Assembly (NCBI GenBank): GCA_963726455.1
Contig: CAVSCK010000001.1
Span: 1 to 64,000 of the forward strand
DNA: 64,000 nucleotides
Direction: 5' to 3'
From: an uncultured bacterium
GTDB taxonomy: Bacteria > Zixibacteria > MSB-5A5 > CAIYYT01
Both the position numbers and the translations under genes were made by a program. A model generated the notes under the pieces. It searched no databases and was not told where the DNA came from. It saw only the letters and a program-made list of their open reading frames with translations. Positions 48,775 through 59,100 of the stretch are shown one piece after another. The first letter of the stretch is position 1, and each line of letters opens with the position of its first letter.

Positions 48775-50607
48775 ATGAATACATCCGACGCTTCGACGAC
48801 GCTTACCAAAACCGCGCCCCGCTGGGATCTCGAGTCGATCTTCCCCGGTGGCAGCGGTTCTGCTGAATACAAAACCTTCCGTGAGAAAATTCACGCCGAT
48901 CTCGACAAGGCAAAGAAGGCATTCGCCAAATTGCCGGCAAGACTGACGCCCGCCGCCCACTCACAATGGACCAAATTTATTCTCGAATTCCAGCGCCTCG
49001 GTGAACATCTCAGCCAGGCACGCTCTTTTGTCTATTGCTGCATCTCTGAGAAGGTCGCCGATGATCTTGGCCATACGATCTTCGGTGAAGTTGACGCGAT
49101 GGCTGCGGACTGGCTCACATTGCGCACCGGCCTGGAAGCCCTCTTTGCCAAACAAACCGACAAGTCATGGGACAAGTTCATGACCGACCCGAAGCTTGCG
49201 CCGATTGCCTTCCCGCTTAGCGAGATGCGTACTCTGGCCAAGGAAAAGATGGCCCCCGAACTCGAAGCATTGGTCTCGGAACTCTCCGTAAATGGCTACC
49301 ACGCCTGGGCGCGACTGTACGACAAAATCTCGGGCGAAATCACTGTCGATTTCGAAGAAGACGGCAAAATCGTAAAGCTATCTGTCGGTCAACTGCAGAA
49401 CAAATTCAACAGTCCCAATCGCGAAACTCGCAAGCGCGCCTTCGCCAAGTTTGAAGAGGCCTGGCGCAACCGGTCATCGTTGGCTGCATCAGCATTGAAT
49501 TTTCAGGGTGGCTTTCGCTTGTCCGTCTACAAAAACCGTGGCTGGAAATCGCCGCTCCACGAACCGTTGCGGATGAACCGTCTTCAGGAGAAAACACTCA
49601 ACGCCATGTGGAAGGCGGTTGCGTCCTCACTGCCGGCAATGAAGAAATATATCGACGCCAAGAAGAAACTGCTCGGCATCGACAAGTTCTGCTGGTTCGA
49701 CCAGGTTGCGCCGGTCGGCAACTTCGACAAAGAGTTCGGCTTCGCGGAATCCGGCGACTTCATCACCAAACATCTGGGATCATTCTCCCCCGAGATGGCT
49801 GACCTGGCTCGATTGGCCTTGAGCAATCGCTGGGTCGAGGCCGAAGATCGTCCCGGAAAGGCCGACGGCGGCTACTGCACCGGCATAAATCTGATCAAAC
49901 AGAGTCGCATCTTCATGACTTACGCCAACGACTTCGGCAGCATGTCGGTTCTGGCTCATGAACTCGGCCACGCATATCACCAGTGGGTGCTGAAAGACGC
50001 GCCGTACCTTGCGACTGACTATCCGATGGGGCTGGCGGAAACAGCGTCGATCTTCAACGAACTGCGCGTAACCGATGCCGCCCTTCAGGAAGTCACCAAT
50101 CCCCAACAGAAACTGATGCTGCTCGATCAGATTTTGCAGCAACCCTTTATTCTGTTTTGCAACATCTACGCCCGCTTCCTGTTCGACAAATCGTTCTACG
50201 CGGAACGCGCAAAGGGAGCCATTAGCAAAGTTCGTCTTGATGAGATGATGATCGCCGCGCAGCGCGAGGCCTTTGCCGGAATACTTGATCCAAACGAAGG
50301 GTATCATCCTCTTTTCTGGGCCTCAAAGTTGCACTTCTTCTATACCGAGGCGCCCTTCTACAATTTCCCATACACTTTTGGTTACCTCTTTGCCGGCGGC
50401 GTGTACGAACGCGCAGTGCAAGAGGGACAGGCGTTTGCGCCGAAATATCGGGCACTGCTACAAGACACCGGCAGCATGACCACGGAAGAAGTTGCGAAGA
50501 AACATCTGAAAGTCAATTTGACCAAAGATGAATTCTGGACCACAGCTGTCAGCCGCTCGATGAGGTACGTCAACGAGTTCTGCAAGCTGGTGGATGACAA
50601 CATGTAA
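48775..50607 (+). CDS. pepF: Oligoendopeptidase F (M3B)
   Basis: RWDLESIF, GKADGGYC, LAHELGHAYH, LAETASIFNE, FYNFPYTFG. Confidence 0.92.
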   Translation: MNTSDASTTLTKTAPRWDLESIFPGGSGSAEYKTFREKIHADLDKAKKAFAKLPARLTPAAHSQWTKFILEFQRLGEHLSQARSFVYCCISEKVADDLGHTIFGEVDAMAADWLTLRTGLEALFAKQTDKSWDKFMTDPKLAPIAFPLSEMRTLAKEKMAPELEALVSELSVNGYHAWARLYDKISGEITVDFEEDGKIVKLSVGQLQNKFNSPNRETRKRAFAKFEEAWRNRSSLAASALNFQGGFRLSVYKNRGWKSPLHEPLRMNRLQEKTLNAMWKAVASSLPAMKKYIDAKKKLLGIDKFCWFDQVAPVGNFDKEFGFAESGDFITKHLGSFSPEMADLARLALSNRWVEAEDRPGKADGGYCTGINLIKQSRIFMTYANDFGSMSVLAHELGHAYHQWVLKDAPYLATDYPMGLAETASIFNELRVTDAALQEVTNPQQKLMLLDQILQQPFILFCNIYARFLFDKSFYAERAKGAISKVRLDEMMIAAQREAFAGILDPNEGYHPLFWASKLHFFYTEAPFYNFPYTFGYLFAGGVYERAVQEGQAFAPKYRALLQDTGSMTTEEVAKKHLKVNLTKDEFWTTAVSRSMRYVNEFCKLVDDNM

Positions 50608-50834
50608 GTGCGAATCGAATTGCACTTCAATCAGCTCTGCCCCGACGTTACGTCTTGCGGGAGGCCGAGCCCGTTCCACAACCCAAATCCATCTGCGGCG
50701 TCAGAAATCCCCACCTGACGCCTCTTCAATTCCGTCCTAACCTACCCCAACTTTTTTCTTGACGCCTCGTATCGGAAAATGTAACGTTAAGCAAATCCGA
50801 AGGACGCATTGCGTCAGTGGAAAGGAGAGTTTGT

Positions 50835-50873
50835 ATGTTGGATATTGTGACGATCAGGAGGATTGACGAATAG
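50835..50873 (+). other. Candidate 12-aa leader peptide MLDIVTIRRIDE
   Basis: AAAGGAGA RBS, tandem TAG TAA stops, upstream of a terminator in the 5' leader of the rsgA operon. Confidence 0.45.
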
Positions 50874-50915
50874 TAACCCGTGCGTTTGCGCACTTTCACA
50901 AAGAACTCTCATTTC

Positions 50916-50945
50916 CGCAGACACCTGGGTGTCTGCGTTTTTTTT
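50916..50945 (+). terminator. Leader (attenuator-type) terminator immediately before the rsgA operon
   Basis: CGCAGACAC-ctgg-GTGTCTGCG followed by T8. Confidence 0.8.
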
Positions 50946-50958
50946 GGAGACTTCAGTC

Positions 50959-51168
50959 ATGGCAGATGAACTGAGCAATAGAAGAATCAAAGGTATCAAG
51001 AAGATGCTTAGCTATGATCGCCTTAAGGCCAAAGCGATCAAGAAGAAGAAACAGATAGAGAAAGCCAATCAGCAGAAGGTTGATCGACATAGATCGAAAC
51101 AGCAGGAAATCGACGAGTTGTTGACTGATGCTATCGACAGCGAGGAAGACTCCGGAGGTGACGCATGA
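50959..51168 (+). CDS. Small Lys-rich/acidic-tailed hypothetical protein (69 aa) coupled to rsgA
   Basis: GGAGA RBS; MADELSNRRIKGIKK...DSEEDSGGDA; ATGA overlap with rsgA. Confidence 0.65.
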   Translation: MADELSNRRIKGIKKMLSYDRLKAKAIKKKKQIEKANQQKVDRHRSKQQEIDELLTDAIDSEEDSGGDA

Positions 51169-52058
51169 CCGGCAGGGTCATTCGCTCCAGGGGAAAATTC
51201 TTCACGGTTCTTGCCGAAGGTCTGGAATACCAGTGTGAAGTGTTCGGCAAAGCCAAACGCGACAAAGGACAATCACCGGTCGCGGTTGGCGATATCGTTG
51301 ACTTCGTGCCTTCCGTTGATGGTCCGGGTGGAATCGAAAAGGTCCACCCACGCCTCACCAAATTCTCACGCGTCAGAGTCGGTGAGGAGCTGAAGGGTAC
51401 CGAGCAGGTAATTGTCGCCAACGTCGATCAGATGGTGATTGTCGCGAGTGTTCGAGAACCGGAACTCAAACTACGACTTGTCGATCGCTTCATCGTGGCC
51501 GCCTTTAAAGGCGGCCTCAAACCGGTCGTCGTAATTAACAAGATTGATCTGCAACATCGCCACGATCTGGCTCGTATCAAAACCATTTACGAATCAGTGG
51601 AGGTTCCCATCGTGCAGGCATCATGTGTAAGTGGAGTAGGCATCGATGAACTGCGCAAGCAACTGTGCGACCACGAATCGATTTTTGTCGGACATTCCGG
51701 AACCGGTAAGTCATCACTGCTCAACAGTCTTCAACCGGGATTGGCAATAAGAACGGCGGAAGTCTCGGAGACTACTACCAAAGGTACGCATACCACAACC
51801 AATGTTGAGTTATATGCTCTTGATTCCGGCGGTTACGTAGTCGATAGTCCGGGTTTGAAGGTGTTGGGAATCTGGGATTTGGATCGCGATGAACTGCAGA
51901 TTTATTTTCCCGAATTCGAGGCGTATTTGGGGCACTGCAAATTCAGTCGCTGTTCTCATCTCCACGAACCGGAATGCGCTGTAAAACAGGCGGTTAGCGA
52001 AGGTCGAATTTTTCCTGAGCGTTACGAAAGTTACGAACGGCTCTATCACAGTTTGTAA
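51165..52058 (+). CDS. rsgA: Ribosome small subunit-dependent GTPase A
   Basis: AVGDIV, NKID, GHSGTGKSSL, GTHTTT, DSPG, CKFSRCSHLHEPECAV. Confidence 0.96.
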   Translation: MTGRVIRSRGKFFTVLAEGLEYQCEVFGKAKRDKGQSPVAVGDIVDFVPSVDGPGGIEKVHPRLTKFSRVRVGEELKGTEQVIVANVDQMVIVASVREPELKLRLVDRFIVAAFKGGLKPVVVINKIDLQHRHDLARIKTIYESVEVPIVQASCVSGVGIDELRKQLCDHESIFVGHSGTGKSSLLNSLQPGLAIRTAEVSETTTKGTHTTTNVELYALDSGGYVVDSPGLKVLGIWDLDRDELQIYFPEFEAYLGHCKFSRCSHLHEPECAVKQAVSEGRIFPERYESYERLYHSL

Positions 52059-52577
52059 TCGGGAAAAAATCGTCGGCTTTAATCGCATAAGATTAAAGTA
52101 GATATAACCTTTTCAATCTTTTCTAAAGTTTTTGTTGATTTGATTTGGCGGCGGCTCCACCCTATACGCGGCGCTCTAAGTGCCATGCTTTTGGATAATT
52201 GCGGAGGAATGTGACACATCCTGCTTTGTTACGGCGTCTATTGCGCGACGATAAGCATACGTCTGCGCCTTCCACATTTAATAGTGTACCGACGTTCTGC
52301 GGCTCAATCTCGGCGGACGACAAGTTCGCCGGGCCATTCGTAACTTTCGGCGGTGCAAAGTGCAACGGCCTCTCAGGGTGGGATATACGTGACGGGTGGG
52401 AATCCCGGCGTCGAGATATTGAAACCCGTTGTAAAATTTTGAAACAAGTTGCCGATAAAAATCACTACGTACCCGACCGTTCCCAAAGCGGAATGTCAGA
52501 CGAATTAATGTCTAAGAATTTCGAGCATCGGACGCATGTGAGAATTGGGTTAAGTGAAAGTGAAGCAAAGTTTTTTC

Positions 52578-52606
52578 TTGACAGAAAAAAACTATGCTCG
52601 TACCAT
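52578..52606 (+). promoter_or_regulatory. Candidate sigma70 promoter about 500 nt upstream of the giant gene
   Basis: TTGACA-N17-TACCAT within an AT-rich intergenic region. Confidence 0.45.
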
Positions 52607-53121
52607 GACCACAAATTTTTGGGCGATTTTTCGGCACGTGCAAAATTTCACTTGCACGGTTTAGGAAAAGTCGTTAATTGCTGCTCTCATTTTTGGGGAG
52701 GGGTAGGCGCGTCTGCGGCGGGATGCGAAAGCACTCGGTTTAGAAAGGCAGAAATAGGCAAACTAGCTAACGCTCGTTATAGCATTCGATATAAGAGGAG
52801 CTTCAGGGAAGATCAGCCGCGCGGCGCATGCCGTGTTTCTGGCAACAGGGAAGAAAGTGAACTGATTATGAATACGGGAATGTGGATCAGAGGCGGAAAG
52901 GGGGAGGCGAGTATTGTTTAATCAGCTAATGACTCGTTTTACATTGGTGAGAAAAGAGGATTAGAGCAACTTAAACTCATTAAACTAAAGGAGTATTCAT
53001 GGAAGATCTTGTCCTTTTCGGGAGAGATTGGAAAGGAGGGTATTGAAGGTAATGCATTTCAATGCCAACATGGAAACGAAGACGAAAAATGGATAAACAA
53101 CGAGTAACAAAGGATTGTCGA

Positions 53122-56100
53122 ATGAAGTATGTTCGAAATCTGGCATTACTGGCAGTTGTGATGTTGTTGACTTGGTCGGTCGGAGGAGGTACCGCCTTCG
53201 GGCAGGCCTATACCGTTCTTACGACCCCGCACGACACGGTAGCGAACAACGCAACCAACATCCAGCTGCTTCAGGTGGAGCTGACGGGGTTTGATACCGA
53301 TACTCTCACTTCGGTAAAGCTGAGAAGCTACATCGAAAAAGAGTACGCTATCAGCAGTATCAAGCTGTTCAAGAACGCAGCTGCAACCCCCTTCAAGACT
53401 TACACCATTTCCGGCCGGTTTGATGCCAATTATGAGGCCACTCTGGCTGGTTTTAATGTGCCGTTCGATGCCAACGACACGCTTACAGTCAAGGTTGACG
53501 CCTGGACGGATTCAGTTGATACGGATACCTCGTATCACATGACCGGTCTGGAAGTCGTCATTCCGCCCAAGGGCTTGGTTTTCAAGCACGACGGCGTCAA
53601 TGACACCCTGTTTAATGGAACTGGAAATGATTGGATTGCCAACCCGGCAATCAATTCTTCGGACGGTCTCTGGAATACGGCGCCGCCCGATTACATCGTA
53701 CTTTTCGATCTTTATGCCCCGATTTACGATGTTGCAGTGACGATTCTGGATACCACTACGGTGCCCAATGACTGCACAAACATCGTCAACATCGGTGACT
53801 CGCTCTTCATTCTTGTTAGTAACGTCAATGAAGAAGTCTCCGGCAATTCCGTTAAGGTGGATCTGTCAGCTTTCGGCGGTGATGCCGCCCATGAGCTGAA
53901 CTACCACGCCAATGGCGCCGGTTTCGCCGATGATACCTGGACTGACACGGTTCGGGTAGGCTCTGGCTCTCTGGATGTAATTCCAGGGTACGTCATCTAT
54001 TTCACGGCTACCGACAACGCCGGAAATACTGGCACGGAATCCTATCAGTTTGTTGAACCAATCGACGACATCGCTCCCGTGTTCGATTCGTTGAAGTTCT
54101 TCATTTCGCAGAACAACATGGGTTCCGATACCTCGGCGGCTTTGGGCGATCGGCTTACGGTCATCGCCTATATGACGTCCAATGGTTACTTCGAAAACAC
54201 CAGAGTGGTTGCGGTTGACAGATGGAACAACTTCCGCAGCGATACCACGACCTGGGAGATGGAAGACATCACGAACGGCAACAATATCTGGCGTGTCGAC
54301 ATTTGGTTGACTACCCCGTTGCCGATCGACTTACCCGTAGGCGATACCATTCTCAAACACATCTACTTGACCGCTTTCGACGACGCCTGCAATTCGACTA
54401 CGGATTCGACTAACTTGGATAACGCCATCGACCTTGATCCGCCGGTGTTCTCCAACGCCCTTTATCACACGATTGATAATGCCGATTCGAGCTCTTGCAC
54501 GAATCTTGGCGACTCGGTCAGAGTTAGTGCCGATCTTACTGGCAGCCCCGATGTTGCCTCTGTTTGGGGTGACTTCCTGCACGCCGGTATCGGCGGCACG
54601 GCTACCGAGGCCTTTGTAAACAAGGCTGGTGATTGGGAGAACAGATGGAAGATCGGCAGCTTGACCGATCCCGCTCTCGATCCCGAATCACAGTACGCGC
54701 GCGATATGAACAGTCTGCCGGTTAACACCGACTACACTGTTTGGATCTACGCGGAGGACGATGCCGGTAACCTCGACTCAATGCAGACCACCGCTTTGAC
54801 CGCTGTCCTTGGTGGTTCGACTCTGCTTGACACTCGCAGGCCGACCGCTATCGATCCCGATTCTGTGGTTATTAAGCAACTCGCCGGCGGTAAGCTGCAA
54901 CTGTTGTGGCCTGCCAGCTATCCTTCGCAAGCCGGTGACGCCCAGTTCTTCTACGTTTATGTAGATTCCACTGGTGCGGGCTTCAATTACGACAACATTT
55001 TTGGTACTACGTTCAACTTGGCCTATGACAATGCGGTCGGCCCCGATACCAACGCCTGGAAATCTGAAGTCCTGACGAATGGTAAGACTTACCGCTTTGT
55101 GATTCGCACCAAGGACGATTGTGGTAACCCCGAATTCAATACCAACATGTTCTCAGCAGAGGCCGACGCTGCGGCGCCGATCGCTTGCGTGGTATTCCCG
55201 TCAGTAGCGGATACCGGCAAGTATTACGGCCCGGGCAAGCCGCTCAATATCACGGCTACGACCACTGCGCACGATCTCGCCACCGCCTGGGTGACTTACC
55301 GTCGTCACGATGTTCCGAGCGGATCGTGGGGTCCCTGGGTTGATGGCCGCACGATTGGCACCATCGGCTTGATGACCATCGAAGGTCAGACCCTGTTCGA
55401 AGGTATTGTCCTCGGAGACGCTCCGTCAACTAAGGGCTACTATCAGCTTTACATCCTGACTACCGATTCAGCCGGCAACGTTCTGCCGCTTGATACGGCT
55501 CAGGCATATTGTTCCGCGTTCACCTTCTTCTGGAACCCGGATCAGCTGGTAGCCGACATTTACACGATCAACGGTTCCGCATCACCGCAGAATCCTGGAT
55601 GCGGCTTCACCGTATGGCGTGATTCCGTGAACACGGCCGTTGTTACGGTCATGGATCCGTTGACTACTCCGGTCTACACGATCGATGCCTGGGTAATGTT
55701 CATGTACCCGGATGTTCCTGAAAATCAGGATTCGGTTCGCATCGATTTCAAGGATTTCCAGACCGTACCGTACTCCTTCGGATTCAGCGTTACTGATTGG
55801 CCGAAATCCAACGATGGCATTCCGACCAAACTGTACGTCAGAATCACGAATTCGCAGAACGGCGCCTCCGGACTTGACTCCGTCACGCTTTGCGTGCCTG
55901 ATGTCAAAGCCCCGGACATTACCATGACCTATCCGGCTGCGTACTCACGCGTGCCGATCGCCAAGTCTTCGATGAATATGGTTCCTGTGAGAGCCAAGAT
56001 TCTCGGGACTTCTTACGACCCGGATTCCCCGGTGCGTATGGAATTCTTCTACCAGCTCGACGGAACGTCGGAATGGGTAAAGATCGGCGAGACCGGAACT

Positions 56101-59100
56101 CCGCTGGCGTCTAAGGGTATCGGTGGCAAGACTGCCCTGATCAGCCCGTCGTTCCCGGAATTCCAGGTAATGTGGGATAACTCAGCGTTGTCCGAGGGAT
56201 TCGTCTGGTTGAAGGCCATTGTTCATGACAATGTCGACAACACGCAGGAATCTCCTGCTATCAAGGTTTACCTTGACAAGACGGTTCCGCTTATGACGCT
56301 GTCGATTCCGGATGCTTTGATGCTCAACGGCAAGTTGACCGTCATGGATCCAGGTTTCGACCACTTCATCAATCTGAATGCCGAAATCACGAATAACACC
56401 ATCGACATCGCGAAGGTCGAGTTCTTCATTTCCTATCGCGATTCGGTTGATCTCGTGAAGTTCTACCACAAGATTGGTGACGGCTACGCAGCTCTCAACA
56501 ACTCCATTTGGAGATATGAATGGTTCATATCCGAATGGACCCATACTTGGGATGGCGAAGAGTGGGAGGACAATGGCTGGATGAAGTGCGGCTTCGATTA
56601 CAAGTTGCGCATCAAAGTCACCGATATCGCCGGCAACGTCTATGACGATACCGACGGTGACGGCCAATTCGACGATTACACATTCTGGGCTAATCCGTTT
56701 GCGGCCCCGATTTCCTTGATTACACCCGCCGACGCTTCCAAGCTCATCTTTAGGCTTGATTGCGGCGCGCCTCAGGTCGCCATCTACGAGGCAACTGCCG
56801 GAGATCGTACCTATCAGACTCCGTCAACTCTCCTCGGTGGACCTGGGATCATCTATATGAAGAAGGGTGAATCTGTTGGTGTCCAGTCGGTCATTCTTGA
56901 TTCGCTCGCCGACTTGACCGGCATCGAACAGGTTGAGTACTTCTTCGACAGTCCAGTTCAGGACGATTGGGTTTCCGTGGGCGTGGCCACTGCGTCACCG
57001 TACCACGTTAGCTTCGATCCGTTCGCTCTCGGGCTGATCACCAAGGATGACGTATTCCACAATGAATTCCATGGTGGAATCAGAGCCATTCTGACCGACA
57101 GTCTGCACCAGACCACGCAGGATCAGATCGAATTGATCGTTCTTGATACCTTCCCGGGCGACGCTGCCTGGAGAACTCCGACGCAACCTTATGTTTGGGG
57201 TTCTGTTGATATGAGCATCTGGGCGCTGCAAGGCGACGATGCTTATCGTCAAGTCGTCTACAAGTACAAGACGGCTGGCGGCGCGTGGACCGATATCACG
57301 ACTGTCCGACGCATTGACGATGCCGACATCTACTTCACAGGTGTGTGGGCTACGCTCAATACCGTACCTGATGGCGCTTACATCCTCGGTTTCGAGACCA
57401 CGGATCAGAACCTGAACGTGAAGTCTGCCGATGAAAATCCGCAGATCAATGTAAACGTTCAGAATGCCATGCCGACCATCACTATCTCTTCGCCGACAAA
57501 TGGTTCGTTCATCTGCGGTGGTGAGATCTTCGTTGCTGAAGTGGGTAACGGCCCAGTTGGTTACGTCGACTTCCAGTGGAAGACGACCACCAGCACTTCT
57601 TGGGAGAATTTCTCCGGCCCGGGCGACAACTTCGCTCCGTGGCAGAAGATCTTCGAGACGCCTGAGGAGTTTGTCGACGGCTTCTACAACTTCCGTGCGG
57701 TCGTAGTTAACCAGGCCGGACGCGAAGGCTTCAGCCCGATGATCACGCTGTTCTTCGACGGTACCAATCCGTTGGCCCGAATCCTTTCGATTCAGGCGCC
57801 GGATACTTCCGACGTAGAATACAACAATGACTACTCCGTATCGATCGACAGAACCGCCGGTGTCGTGACCGTTTCCACGATCGCGATTGACTCATTGTCG
57901 TCGGCTGGTTCGCAGGCGATCTACAACTCCGGTGTGGCTTCAGTTGGTCTCTACCTGACCACTGGTAGTGGTCCCAGCAGTGACGAATTGATCGCCTCAG
58001 GCACTCCGGATGCCAGCGGCCACTTCACGTTCTCTTGGGATGTCAGTGGCTTGGCTCCGGGCACTTACGTGCTCCTCTTCAAGGCCTACGACAACGTTGG
58101 TTGTAATGTCGGTACCGACTCGGTAGTCGTGTACATCTTCATGCCGACCAGCCCGTACGCCTTGGTGGCCGGTTTCTGGAACGGCAAGATCGTTGGCGTA
58201 ACCTATTCCGACGAACCCGTGCAGTTCCAGTACAAGACCACTGGCGACTGGATTCCGATCGGTATCGGCCATGAAGAAACCAGTGAATCGTTCTTCTATT
58301 ATGACAACAGATGGCAGAGTTACGCTGTTTACGCTGCTGATTGGTTGCCCGCTGACGGTAGCTACCAGTTGCGGATGCTCAACTCCATGGGCGAAGATTT
58401 CGCTCCGGTGTTGAGTGCCACGATCTCCGGCGGCGTGATGACTGCCACTTCGAACCCGGCTTCCGGATGGGGCCCGGGTACCATCGAGAAGAATGCTGAG
58501 CAGGGTTGCAACCTTGAGGGCGTAGCTCGCTTCACCTCATCGTTCGGCTTCCCGTTCGGCGTGAATATTTCGATGGATCAGGACGATCAGGACTTTGTTT
58601 ATCAACTGGTCGACTTCAAGAACTATCCGCAGCAAGGTACCTCTCAACTCTATGCCGGTCCGTTCGAGTTCTTCGAAATGGAAGACGGCGGTCCAGCTTG
58701 GGGCGAGGTATTCTTCTGTGATTATAACAATGGAGTTGGCTACTCCTCAAGTCAGAGTCTCGCCACGTGGTGGGTCACCAACGACCTCGGCACCGGCGGT
58801 ACGATTAAGCTTTCGCCCAACGGCGTCGACACTATCTGGGTCAGCATTCCGCAGGAATTCGAGCCCAGTTCTTCCGGCTTCGGCGATGCTCTCGTGATTT
58901 GGGAGTCGAGCAAACCGGATCCTTGCGTTTGGCAGGATTACATTCTGACGCCTGTCTCCAACCGCAATGGTCAGGCCAACTACATCGGTCTGCCGGGCCT
59001 TAATTGTGAAGGCCTGTGCACCTCCGGTTCCGATGAACGCTATGCCAAGGTTAAGATGACCTACGATGAGGGCTGCAATCTTCCTGAAGAATCATTGTTG

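Noticed and set aside
52745-52850. c-di-GMP-I riboswitch suggested by AGGCAAAC
   Set aside because: Lacks the GAAA tetraloop stem and the following GACGCAAAG element.
52199-52921. 240-aa ORF in the gap before the giant gene
   Set aside because: TTG start without RBS, no recognisable motif, and it overlaps promoter-like AT-rich DNA. Probably spurious.
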